From the NCBI GenBank assembly GCA_030603365.1, contig JAUVXV010000009.1, forward strand, positions 64,001 through 128,000: a stretch of DNA of 64,000 nucleotides. The letters run 5' to 3'. The stretch comes from Candidatus Heimdallarchaeota archaeon (GTDB lineage Archaea; Asgardarchaeota; Heimdallarchaeia; Heimdallarchaeales; Heimdallarchaeaceae). Made by a program: the position numbers and the translations under genes. The notes under the pieces are model-generated. The model saw nothing but the letters and a program-made list of their open reading frames with translations, ran no database searches and was not told where the DNA came from. Below are positions 21,332 through 30,765 of this stretch, one piece after another; position 1 is the first letter of the stretch; the number at the start of each line of letters is the position of its first letter.

Positions 21332-21763
21332 TTATAATTTATCGATTAATTCTTTTGCAATGAGACTTGCTGTTTCAACTGCTTGATCACAGCTTGCTTT
21401 TCTTTTGGGATGATCCACATCTATTGAACCATCTGGCAAGAAGAAATCTTTCAAAATTTCTCTACAATAGAGCGTTCCATTTTTTTCCATAAATTTATCT
21501 TTAAATGCCCTAAACACTTCCTTCTTCTTTTCATCTTCAATATTCTTCTCGACTAGTAATGTACTTATTGCTGCTAACGCTCCTGTAACTGCACCACAAA
21601 TAGATCTCTCTCCAGTTCCACCTCCAAATGGCAATAAAGCTTTATCTAAAATCTCTGAAAGATTTTGATAATTATAATAATCCAAAATCCCTCTAGCAGC
21701 TGCTCTAGCGCAATTAAAATCATTTTCCCAATATTTCCTAGTCTCGTCAACAATATTCTTCAT
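21332..21763 (-). CDS. C_GCAxxG_C_C family putative redox protein
   Basis: FNCA, PFGGG, ICGAVTGA, LYCREI, SC. Confidence 0.9.
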   Translation of the reverse strand: MKNIVDETRKYWENDFNCARAAARGILDYYNYQNLSEILDKALLPFGGGTGERSICGAVTGALAAISTLLVEKNIEDEKKKEVFRAFKDKFMEKNGTLYCREILKDFFLPDGSIDVDHPKRKASCDQAVETASLIAKELIDKL

Positions 21764-21812
21764 TCTAACAGAGTGCTATATGCTTGTTCTTTAAGAATTT
21801 CTGAATGGATAT

Positions 21813-21980
21813 TTAAAAAATAGGTTCTCCACAACTATTACAAAACTCAGATCCCTCTTCTAGTTTTTTTCCACAATGGATGCAAAAGCTTGGTTCCATA
21901 TTATCACAAACAAATAAAAGAACCTCTTCATATATAGTGCTTTCAGAATCAAGGATCTTTTCTAATTCAATCGTTTTCAT
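21813..21980 (-). CDS. Small zinc-ribbon protein (55 aa, or 28 aa from ATG 21899); absent from ORF track
   Basis: Manual translation MKTIELEKILDSESTIYEEVLLFVCDNMEPSFCIHCGKKLEEGSEFCNSCGEPIF; CxxC-x11-CxxC. Confidence 0.7.
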   Translation of the reverse strand: MKTIELEKILDSESTIYEEVLLFVCDNMEPSFCIHCGKKLEEGSEFCNSCGEPIF

Positions 21981-22581
21981 GTGATAAATGATTAGTATCG
22001 TTGAATTTTATTATGTTTATTTTTCCATTTGGGTATAATTTTATATGAGAAACGGAGCATGGTTCTACATAAAAATCCCAATAATGAGAAGGATGGGTTT
22101 CTGTTAAGTATACAAATATCAAGTTAATAGCAGCTCCATGACTTACCAAAACGACTTTCTCCTCTTCTTGTTCCCTTAATCTTAGAAATAGTCTATGAAT
22201 CCTATCTAATACTTGATAAAAAGTTTCTCCACCTGGAATTAAAACATCATTAGGGTTAGTTTTCCATTTTTCCATTAATGCCCTATGAAAAACATCACTG
22301 CCTTTTTTTCCTTCCCAATCACCAAAAGAAATATCCAGAAGATATGGTTCTTCTATAAATCGAGCTTTGTCTTGATGGCTTTTTATCTCTTCAGCTGTAA
22401 CTTTAGCCCGTGATAACCTGCTGTAATAGATTACATCTACAGGAATTTTGGATAATACTTCTCCTACTTCTTTAGCATGCTGAACTCCTAGTTCTGACAA
22501 TGAAACGTCTACTCTACCTCTAATTCGTTCCTCCCCTAAATTAAATGCTGTTTCTCCATGTCTGACAATATAGATTTCCAT
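21967..22581 (-). CDS. Histidine phosphatase (PGM/CobC) family
   Basis: IVRHGET, RAKVTA, FGDWEG, PGGET, VSHG. Confidence 0.93.
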   Translation of the reverse strand: MEIYIVRHGETAFNLGEERIRGRVDVSLSELGVQHAKEVGEVLSKIPVDVIYYSRLSRAKVTAEEIKSHQDKARFIEEPYLLDISFGDWEGKKGSDVFHRALMEKWKTNPNDVLIPGGETFYQVLDRIHRLFLRLREQEEEKVVLVSHGAAINLIFVYLTETHPSHYWDFYVEPCSVSHIKLYPNGKINIIKFNDTNHLSHEND

Positions 22582-22647
22582 TTTTTACCACAAAATTTGT
22601 CTTTTAGGACGAAACAATATTATAGTTCTTGAATATTTCTCAATTAG

Positions 22648-23484
22648 ATGCATGAATTCATGAATAAAGAATGGATGAATGATTATGAGAAAAACTATTC
22701 TCTCTATAAGAAGGAATGGGATTTCCATTATCAGCAAATAAGCGATTTTATTCACTCTTGTTTACCTCATAGAGTTAGTCACTGGGGTTTTATAGGCGTA
22801 ACTAATACTATCCCTGAAATTGATTCAAGAATATTGCATAGAATCTCAAAAATCACTCTTTTAGACATAAATGATGAAGCTTTAAAACGGGCAAGAATCC
22901 ATCTAGCTTCCGTATTTGAATTTCCTAATGTTGTGGTTCAGAGGTTTGATAATACTTGTGGTTTAATGGAACAGATATTAGATGTTTTTACTCAATCTGA
23001 CAACCAAGAGACATCTGAAAAGAAACTATTAGAATATCTAAATGATATAGAAATTTCAAAGGATTTAGTATATCCAAACTCCCAGGAAAACAACAGAAAG
23101 TATGATTTTATTACTCATCTGGGTATAATGGACTACTATCTAATGCCAGTATTCACCAAATATTGTTCTTCTTTTCAAAAGAATAATGATGAATTCTATC
23201 AAGTAATGAAGAAACTCAATGATTTTTCTGTTAGAATCTCTTTAGGATTTTTACATCATATGCTGGATAAAAATGGACAACTTATTATCTCCACTCCAAT
23301 TTCAAGAGCACCTGAAGGAGATCCGTGTAACCGTTCTCTATTTTGGTTAACACCTATTGAAGATATAATAGAGGAAAGTGGATTCATAATACAAAATAGA
23401 ACATCACATAAGTGGGATGAATTTCCTGTTGAAGGGGGACATTTCCATCAAATATTGAATGTTTCTTGTGTAAAAAAGAGATAA
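22648..23484 (+). CDS. Hypothetical protein, possible divergent class I SAM-methyltransferase fold
   Basis: ITLLDIN, YDFITH, MLDKNGQLIISTP resemble MTase motifs; motif I degenerate. Confidence 0.5.
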   Translation: MHEFMNKEWMNDYEKNYSLYKKEWDFHYQQISDFIHSCLPHRVSHWGFIGVTNTIPEIDSRILHRISKITLLDINDEALKRARIHLASVFEFPNVVVQRFDNTCGLMEQILDVFTQSDNQETSEKKLLEYLNDIEISKDLVYPNSQENNRKYDFITHLGIMDYYLMPVFTKYCSSFQKNNDEFYQVMKKLNDFSVRISLGFLHHMLDKNGQLIISTPISRAPEGDPCNRSLFWLTPIEDIIEESGFIIQNRTSHKWDEFPVEGGHFHQILNVSCVKKR

Positions 23485-23519
23485 GAGAGGAGTAATATGA
23501 GAGTGTGAACTCCCATACT

Positions 23520-24587
23520 TCAAGCAACTTTATTTCTCCTAAAGACCAAAACTAAACCAGTTAATATCAAGAAGCTTATTGCTGAAACAATCAGAAGCTC
23601 ATTTTGAGACACTAAGGGGAGATTTACCCAAGAACCTATTAGTGGATCAATTGTTGGTGAGTCTAATCCTGTTAATATGCCAGATAAGCCAATTTTTGGA
23701 TCATGAATGATATCACTTCCTCTCGGATAGTTAAAATACATTCTGTAGTCTTCTCCATCGTATTCCAGAGGAGTTACTTTTACTTCATATTCAACATCAT
23801 CTACTGTTACTGTTTCTATCCAAGAGAAGAATCCACTGTAATCGGCTAGATTTACTTCTATCTCGTGTTCATCATCCGAATAACCATATTCTTCATCTTC
23901 TGTCTCTTCATCATCTTCATAATCAACATCTAGTTCAGACTCGAGTTCTACTTTGAGAGCTAGTTGTGTGTCAAGCTCATCATAATCAAAATCATGAATA
24001 CCGATGTCTATTTTCATCTGAGTAGGAGCTATAACAACTCCAGAAATATTTGCAAAATCACCTGTAATATAAAGTGTAGAAGTAAATATGTCATCTGTTG
24101 TTTCGATAAAGAAAACATGAACTGTTTCATTATCAATTGTTTCAGTAGTATAGATTATAGGCTTGAAATCATCAAGTTCGAGGGTTTTAATCACATCATC
24201 TGATGCATTATAAATCCCATCTGAACTGAGATCTCTAAATTCAATGATTTCAGTGAACCTCACTTCGAATTCTATTTCAGTTTCTAGCGTATCATTGTCC
24301 TCTTCAAACTCTAATTCAATCACTAAACCATCTGACCCAACTGTAACCTGAATCTGGAATTCATTGTCTATACCGTTATTTTCTATTGAAGACGAGATTG
24401 TGACTTCATATGGAGCATATTCAATATCGACTTCTCTCCTATTTTCATCTTCAGTTTCATCATCTATTCCATCTTCATCTTCATCTTCATGTGCGGTTAC
24501 TGGCAAGTAAAGAAATGCAGAAAACACTAAAACTACTATTAATCCTCCTAAGAATAGTTTTTGTTTGTTTAGTAGTTTCGATTTCAT
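23520..24587 (-). CDS. Acidic surface protein, paralog A (signal + C-terminal TM/basic tail)
   Basis: D/E-rich; NYPRG-x-x-IIHDPKIG; near-colinear with 24728..25774. Confidence 0.85.
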   Translation of the reverse strand: MKSKLLNKQKLFLGGLIVVLVFSAFLYLPVTAHEDEDEDGIDDETEDENRREVDIEYAPYEVTISSSIENNGIDNEFQIQVTVGSDGLVIELEFEEDNDTLETEIEFEVRFTEIIEFRDLSSDGIYNASDDVIKTLELDDFKPIIYTTETIDNETVHVFFIETTDDIFTSTLYITGDFANISGVVIAPTQMKIDIGIHDFDYDELDTQLALKVELESELDVDYEDDEETEDEEYGYSDDEHEIEVNLADYSGFFSWIETVTVDDVEYEVKVTPLEYDGEDYRMYFNYPRGSDIIHDPKIGLSGILTGLDSPTIDPLIGSWVNLPLVSQNELLIVSAISFLILTGLVLVFRRNKVA

Positions 24588-24657
24588 TTTTCTGTCACCA
24601 GATTTCTGCTTAATCCTATTTTATATAGAGTAAATAAATAGCTTAGCTTATAATATT

Positions 24658-24685
24658 CTGTAGTTTTAATTATAATTTTCTGTAG
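24658..24685. promoter_or_regulatory. Imperfect TGTAG-N6-YTAYA operator-like motif upstream of paralog A
   Basis: CTGTAG-ttttaa-TTATAA followed by ttttctgtag; aligns with the paralog B upstream region. Confidence 0.45.
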
Positions 24686-24727
24686 AATCATGTTCTAACG
24701 TCCTAAAAAGAAAAAAAAGAAGAGATA

Positions 24728-25774
24728 TTATCTCTTAAATCTTTTACGAAAGACTAAAACTAAACTAGTAAGTGTTAGTATAGTAGCAGCTGATATGATT
24801 AGTAAATTGTTATCTCCTAAGAAGGAAGTATTAATCTGAAGTAGGTTAGATACACCAATTTTAGGATCATGAATGATTTCTGTACCTCTTGGATAGTTTA
24901 GATACATTTTGTTCTCTTCCAAAACCATTTCTAAAGGAGTAACTTTAACATCTACTTCTACACCATCGACCATTGCTGTTTCAATCCAAGAGAAGAATCC
25001 AGCATATTGCTCTAAACTAATTTCTATTTCCAGTTCATCTTCTGCATGGCCATATTCTTCATCTTCAGTCTCATCATCTTCCTCATAATCGACTTCTTGT
25101 TCTGATTCAAATTGAACTTTAAGTGCTAGTTGAGTATCAAGTTCAGTATAATTGAAGTTATGAATCCCCACATCTACCTTCACTTGCGTTGGAGCTACTA
25201 TAACACCTTCAATATCAGCAAATTCACCTGTGGCATAAAGAGTAGCAGTAAATACTTTATCTGTAGTTTCAACAAACAGAACATGTACTGTTGCATTGTT
25301 TATTATTTCGACTGTATATTGAATGGGTTTGAAATCATCTAGTTTTAACACTTGAATTACCTCGTCTGAATCATTATAGATTCCATCTGCATTGAGATCT
25401 CTAAATTCAACAATTTCTCTGATTTTAACTTGAAATTCTATCTCTGTTTCAACTGTGTCGTTGTCTTCCTCAAATTCTAATTCAAGTATTAGACCATCAG
25501 ACCCAACTTTAACCTGAACTTGGAATTCATTTTCTATTCCATTATTTTGTATCGAAGATTCTATCTGTACTTCATAATCAGAATATTCAACATGAACTTC
25601 TCGTTCGTTTTCATCTTCTATTCCATCTTCTATTCCATCATCATCTTCATCATCACCATCACTGTCTGCTAAAGCAGGCATGTACATGAAAGATGAGATG
25701 ACTAATATTGCTACTAAACCACTCAAAAGCAGTTTTTGTTTGTATTTCAGTTGTGCTTTCATTGTTTTGAACAC
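24728..25774 (-). CDS. Acidic surface protein, paralog B
   Basis: Same architecture and shared blocks (NNGI.NEFQ, GSDGL, DDFKPI, ELDTQLALKV, GFFSWIET, IIHDPKIG). Confidence 0.85.
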   Translation of the reverse strand: MFKTMKAQLKYKQKLLLSGLVAILVISSFMYMPALADSDGDDEDDDGIEDGIEDENEREVHVEYSDYEVQIESSIQNNGIENEFQVQVKVGSDGLILELEFEEDNDTVETEIEFQVKIREIVEFRDLNADGIYNDSDEVIQVLKLDDFKPIQYTVEIINNATVHVLFVETTDKVFTATLYATGEFADIEGVIVAPTQVKVDVGIHNFNYTELDTQLALKVQFESEQEVDYEEDDETEDEEYGHAEDELEIEISLEQYAGFFSWIETAMVDGVEVDVKVTPLEMVLEENKMYLNYPRGTEIIHDPKIGVSNLLQINTSFLGDNNLLIISAATILTLTSLVLVFRKRFKR

Positions 25775-25833
25775 CTTTTTTCTTGTGGCTTAAATTGCTG
25801 AAACGCTCAATAAATAGATTAACTTATTCCGAA

Positions 25834-25883
25834 TTGTAGTTCGGGCTACAAAATGAGGTATATTTAACTACACTTTTCTGTAG
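25834..25883. promoter_or_regulatory. Two inverted repeats upstream of paralog B
   Basis: TTGTAG-N6-CTACAA (25834-25851) and CTACA-N6-TGTAG (25868-25883). Confidence 0.55.
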
Positions 25884-25924
25884 GAACAAAGTTTTACAAT
25901 CTCTAACTAATTTTCTTAATATGT

Positions 25925-26770
25925 TTACAAAAGAATGAAAATGAGGGTGAAAATTTGAGCATAACTTACAATCATAGCAATAAGTGCAGATTTCTCAACT
26001 GAAAGCTCTTTTATTTCTCCAACTGCAGTAATTATAATCAAGAAACTCCAGATTTGAAAAACTCCATGAAGAATTAGAAGCACTATTGATGGCACAACTA
26101 TTGCTGTTCCACTAGCCCAACCTATGATGCCAACAATCACTGTAAATAGAAATGAAGGTAAGAAAATTAGATTTGTTACGTTGATCAATGGAAATGTATT
26201 CTTATTTTTCTTGAAAGCGAATCTACTTAGAATTTCTGTGAAACCTGCGATAAATATCCAACTTCCAAGAAGACTGATATAACCAAGCCACAGAGGAACT
26301 TCATAGGAGATAACGAAGTTTCCAACAATAAGTATTTTACTTCCCCATCCAATGAACACACTTATTCCTGCTAGAATAACAAATTCAATTAATGCATGAA
26401 CAGGATTTTTTGCAAAGAATCTAATCAATGGAGCTAGACTAAATTTCCATATGCTGAATACTTTAGGTTTTTCAGTTTCTTCAAAAACCTCATATTCTGG
26501 TTTTTCCTTGCCCTTGAGGATATTTAGAGCTTTTACGCCATCTTCTGATAAGAAATACTTCTTATTATCCCCTTGATATACGAACTGTTTCATCTGACGA
26601 AGATGATGATAAAGAGGACCAGATTTAAGCTCGAAAGTTTCTGTAAGGTCAGTATATGTCGCTCCCCCTATTTCTTCAATGAACTCAAGAATCCTTCTCC
26701 TAATTGGATTAGAAAGAGCAGTAAACAATGCTTCTTCAATTTTAGAATCTTGAGACATATCTATCAACAC
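25925..26770 (-). CDS. ArsR-like winged-helix regulator fused to multi-pass membrane domain
   Basis: LFTALSNPIRRRIL...SGPLYHHL N-terminus; about 6 TM helices C-terminally. Confidence 0.82.
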   Translation of the reverse strand: MLIDMSQDSKIEEALFTALSNPIRRRILEFIEEIGGATYTDLTETFELKSGPLYHHLRQMKQFVYQGDNKKYFLSEDGVKALNILKGKEKPEYEVFEETEKPKVFSIWKFSLAPLIRFFAKNPVHALIEFVILAGISVFIGWGSKILIVGNFVISYEVPLWLGYISLLGSWIFIAGFTEILSRFAFKKNKNTFPLINVTNLIFLPSFLFTVIVGIIGWASGTAIVVPSIVLLILHGVFQIWSFLIIITAVGEIKELSVEKSALIAMIVSYAQIFTLIFILL

Positions 26771-26810
26771 TATGTAATATTTTGTAGTCTCTCATAATAT
26801 TTAGACTTTT

Positions 26811-29800
26811 TCAATCACCGAAATTGCAGAAAGATAATAGCTCTGTAAGTCCCAATCTTTCTAATTCTTCTCCTCTAGGACATCCAGTTTCAGGATTATA
26901 ATTCCTATACTCATACCATTCTTTTAGCTGGATTTGAATATCTGGAGAATTACCTTCTGTTGGACCATCTAGTCTTTGTCTCATGACATTGGGTAGAACT
27001 TGAAGTTCAGGTTTCCACCCCAGTCTTAGATTAATGATTCGTTTAAGAGCGTAAATTCTATCTCCTAATAGAATTAAGTCTTTGGATGTATATGATTTGT
27101 TAACTGCCATTCCAAGCAAATCTGCTACTAACGGAGCTGGGGGATTATAAAAAACGCATATGGTCATTGCATTATACAATTGCCTATAGCTTTGAAGATT
27201 GGCCATTTGTTTTGCTATTCCACTGCTTTCAAATCTACTATCTGGCAAATTATCTATCCCTATTTCAGGAAAAGTTGCTCCTTGCTGTACAAGGTAAGCA
27301 TCACCATTATTATGGCATGCTCCTCTTGGACTTGTAAGATACTGAATTGCCCATCCACTAAATGCTCTTGGGTCATGGAATGGTGCTTCTAATCCAGCAA
27401 CTTGTGGAGCTATTGCTGTATAAAGGTAATTTTCTGCCAAAACCTTACTACCTTCTGCTAATAAGTTCCCTATACCTTCACGTTTAGTAATCATATCAAG
27501 CAAAGTAAGTAATGTATCTGCGTTCCCAAAACTCAAATCTAGTTCTTCAGGTAATGCTTCAGAAGGGATATAATTCTTAGATACAAGATCAAGCAGTACT
27601 CCGATAGTTGTACCAGCAGAAATTGTATCCATACCATAATCATTTGCTCTGTAAGTTGCAAATGATACAGCTTCTAAATCTCCTATTTTCAGATTTGTCC
27701 CAAATGCTCCTAATGTTTCATATTCAGGACCCTTAGTTCGAGGAAGTTTATACTTCCCTTCTGGTATTTCGATGATCCTGCCACATCCAATCGGACAACG
27801 ATAACATGCATATCTTCCTACAAGTATAGTTTCCTTAATAGAAGCTCCAGAAAGATTAGATGCTTCATCAAACTTAGATTCAGACCAATTACGTATTGGC
27901 AAATCTCCATACATGTCTATTGCAACATCGAGATAACCAGCAGTACCAAGTTCTTTAGTGAGTTCAACCATAAAATCTTCTTTTATTGATTCATATGCTT
28001 CTCTTGATTTTTCTTTAAACTCTTTAGGTAATAGAAATTCTTTGTTTGATCCTTTTACAACTATTGCTTTTAGTTTTTTTGATCCCATTACGGCTCCTAG
28101 ACCAGTTCTTCCAACTGCTCTACCTTCATCATTCATAATAGAAGCATATTTCACAAGATTTTCTCCAGCTTGACCTATACACGCAATCTTGAATTTTCTG
28201 TCTCCAAGTTCATCTAGAATCTTTTCATGAGTAGCAAATGTTCCTAATCCCCAAAGCTCCGATGCATCTCTGATTTCTACCTTATCATCTTCAATCAGAA
28301 GATAAACAGGCTTATCTGACGCTCCTTCAAGGATTATGCTATCATATCCTGCAAATTTTAATTCAGGACCAAAATTTCCTCCTGAGTTTGCTTCACCCCA
28401 GAATCCTGTTAATGGTGAACGAGAACAAACTGTAAATCTTCCCGCACAAGAAGTGGGCAAACCTGTCAGGGGTCCAGTCATAAAGATTAAGATATTTTCA
28501 GGTGATAGAGCATCAACATTTCTTGTATTCAAAAATTTGAAATAATAATGTGCACCTAATCCACTTCCACCTACAAAATCCTTTGCCGCATCCATATCTA
28601 GTGGTTCTGTTGAAGATGTGTGATTTGAGAGATTTACCTTAAGTACTAAGTTCCGATAGCCTCCTCTCACAAAATCAGCCATTTCATAAAACATGGATTC
28701 TATTGTTTCATTTGATAATTCTCTTGGATTGACTAAAGATCCTGTGTCATTGAGTGCAAAATCACAGAGAAGTTCCATATTTTCCTGTAGTTGAGAATAG
28801 GTGACTCCAAAATCCTTCAGAGTTGTTTTTAATCCGATATCTGTAATTAATTCTTCTACTTTTAGTACTAGTTTTTCTGCTCCTTCTCTCGGTGAATCGA
28901 ACTCGATTCCGATTGCATGAGCTATCTCTGAATAGTGTTGAGCAGTTTTTTCTTCTTCCAGACAGAATTTCATCATGTGAGGTAGAGCAACAGCAATTAT
29001 CTCTCCATGAGGTATATTTAATATCGCACCTGCTGAATGAGCTAAAGAATGGGTTCCTCCAATTTGACTATTCCCAATAGCTATTCCTGCCATAGTAGCA
29101 GCATTGTGCATTTTTTCTCTATAATCAAAATTATTTCCCTCTTTCACTACTTTTGGAAGATATTCAAATACATGTTTAATAGCTTGAATAGCCATAGCAT
29201 CCGCAAAGTCATTCTTCCAGTCTATTGTATATGCTTCAATTGCATGGGCTAAAACATCCATCCCTGTTGAAGCGGTTAAACCTGGTGGAAGTTTGATAGT
29301 TAGTGAAGGATCAACAATGTCAATATCAGGAATTAAATCTCTATGAGCTAGACTCAATTTCTGTTTAGTTTCAGGATCTGTTATAATTATTGCCCAATTT
29401 GCATCTGAACCTGTTCCACTTGTCGTGGGGATTGTTATCAATCTAGCTTTATTTCGTAAAGGTAAAGGATCTTCAGGAAAAACGCTGTCTATACTCATAT
29501 CAGGATTTTCATAGAATACCCAGATTGATTTCGCACAGTCAATTACTGATCCTCCTCCGATTGCAACTATCCAGTCCACTTCTTCCTTCTGAGCTAGATC
29601 AGCACCTGCTTTAGCCATTGGTATAGATGGTTCATAATCAACTTGATCAAATATTGTTATCTTGAATTCATTTTCTTCTAAAAAACTAATAGCCTTTTGA
29701 GGAATACCTAAGTCTAGAAGAACTTTATCAGTTACAATAAGTGCACTTTTACCCTTAATTTCTTTTAATTCATCTAGTGAATCTTCCCCGAAAACTATTT

Positions 29801-29831
29801 TTCGTGGAGCACAATAAAACCACATAATCAA
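26811..29831 (-). CDS. Fusion: iron-containing alcohol dehydrogenase (aa 1-383) + aldehyde:ferredoxin oxidoreductase (aa 384-1006)
   Basis: ADH: GGGSVID, PTTSGTGS, GMDVLAHAIE, HSLAH, PHG. AOR: SPLTG, GRTGLGAVMGSKKLKAI, CYRCPIGC, PEYET, GMDTIS, DPR, RGACH. Confidence 0.92.
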   Translation of the reverse strand: MIMWFYCAPRKIVFGEDSLDELKEIKGKSALIVTDKVLLDLGIPQKAISFLEENEFKITIFDQVDYEPSIPMAKAGADLAQKEEVDWIVAIGGGSVIDCAKSIWVFYENPDMSIDSVFPEDPLPLRNKARLITIPTTSGTGSDANWAIIITDPETKQKLSLAHRDLIPDIDIVDPSLTIKLPPGLTASTGMDVLAHAIEAYTIDWKNDFADAMAIQAIKHVFEYLPKVVKEGNNFDYREKMHNAATMAGIAIGNSQIGGTHSLAHSAGAILNIPHGEIIAVALPHMMKFCLEEEKTAQHYSEIAHAIGIEFDSPREGAEKLVLKVEELITDIGLKTTLKDFGVTYSQLQENMELLCDFALNDTGSLVNPRELSNETIESMFYEMADFVRGGYRNLVLKVNLSNHTSSTEPLDMDAAKDFVGGSGLGAHYYFKFLNTRNVDALSPENILIFMTGPLTGLPTSCAGRFTVCSRSPLTGFWGEANSGGNFGPELKFAGYDSIILEGASDKPVYLLIEDDKVEIRDASELWGLGTFATHEKILDELGDRKFKIACIGQAGENLVKYASIMNDEGRAVGRTGLGAVMGSKKLKAIVVKGSNKEFLLPKEFKEKSREAYESIKEDFMVELTKELGTAGYLDVAIDMYGDLPIRNWSESKFDEASNLSGASIKETILVGRYACYRCPIGCGRIIEIPEGKYKLPRTKGPEYETLGAFGTNLKIGDLEAVSFATYRANDYGMDTISAGTTIGVLLDLVSKNYIPSEALPEELDLSFGNADTLLTLLDMITKREGIGNLLAEGSKVLAENYLYTAIAPQVAGLEAPFHDPRAFSGWAIQYLTSPRGACHNNGDAYLVQQGATFPEIGIDNLPDSRFESSGIAKQMANLQSYRQLYNAMTICVFYNPPAPLVADLLGMAVNKSYTSKDLILLGDRIYALKRIINLRLGWKPELQVLPNVMRQRLDGPTEGNSPDIQIQLKEWYEYRNYNPETGCPRGEELERLGLTELLSFCNFGD

Positions 29832-29857
29832 ATATTAAAAAAGGTAGAATAAAAATG

Positions 29858-30277
29858 TTATAGAAATTCTGTTGGAACTTTCTGTGCTGAATTAACCAAT
29901 TCTTTTGCAGCTTTGGTTGCTCGCATGACTTTTCCTTTGTCACCAACAAGTTTGAATTTTCTAGTAAGGATTCCTTTGATTGGATCTAATTCTCCATTAA
30001 TTACTTTCAACCAATTAGAATAGGTACCTTTATACTCAAATTCAGTTTTAGGTCCTTCTTGTCCTTCCTCAAAATAATCCACACTTCTACAATCGCCATG
30101 CCAGAGGTCAAGATAATATGTGTGTTGTTTATCTAGTTTATCATCTGGTTCGATTACAAATAGAAAGTCACCTTCCCACGTTTTAGCTGCTTCCTTGTAG
30201 TCTGGTGAGTTGTTAAGAACTTCCATGAATTTTTCTATCCATTCTCTACTTGGAAATTTTGCTGTCATCATAAACAC
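29858..30277 (-). CDS. SCP2 sterol/lipid-binding domain protein
   Basis: FPSREW...LN...Y..AAKTWEGD, YLDLWHGDC, W..VINGELDPIKGILTRKFKLVGD. Confidence 0.88.
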   Translation of the reverse strand: MFMMTAKFPSREWIEKFMEVLNNSPDYKEAAKTWEGDFLFVIEPDDKLDKQHTYYLDLWHGDCRSVDYFEEGQEGPKTEFEYKGTYSNWLKVINGELDPIKGILTRKFKLVGDKGKVMRATKAAKELVNSAQKVPTEFL

Positions 30278-30386
30278 CGTTCATTTAATGTTATTGCTGT
30301 TGCTTCTTAGCTTGTTTTTAAATATTATTTAATGCAAATATAATACTTTAAGAATCATCTAGAAATCTTGAAGTATTGGATTAGAT

Positions 30387-30719
30387 ATGACTTCTGATAT
30401 ACCTGATTGGATTAAAGAGTGGATACAAAAAGATAGATTAGTGCGAAACAAATTCAAGATAAGTCACAAGTATGTGAGTCACCCCAAAAGAATCCAATTC
30501 ATGAAAGGGGAAAAAGATGACCAAGACAATTGGATTTCTTTCAAGTATATGATTATTTCAACTAAATATGGCAAATATTGGGTAAGGTACACTAACGGAT
30601 TGTATGAGTGTTCTTGCCCTTTTTTCAAACATCGAGGTATTTGTTCCCATATCTTTGGGGTATGTCAAGTTACAAATGTCTGGCCTGACAAAGAATTACT
30701 TTTTCCTTCGAAAATTTAG
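30387..30719 (+). CDS. SWIM zinc-finger protein
   Basis: CSCPFFKHRGICSH (CxC-x7-CxH). Confidence 0.8.
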   Translation: MTSDIPDWIKEWIQKDRLVRNKFKISHKYVSHPKRIQFMKGEKDDQDNWISFKYMIISTKYGKYWVRYTNGLYECSCPFFKHRGICSHIFGVCQVTNVWPDKELLFPSKI

Positions 30720-30765
30720 ATATGTTGATAAGAGATGAATGTTATACTGTAACTAAGGTGGTTTC

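Noticed and set aside
21332-21763. Possible selenocysteine recoding in redox genes (C_GCAxxG_C_C, msrB, AOR)
   Set aside because: All have Cys codons and uninterrupted frames; no in-frame TGA needed
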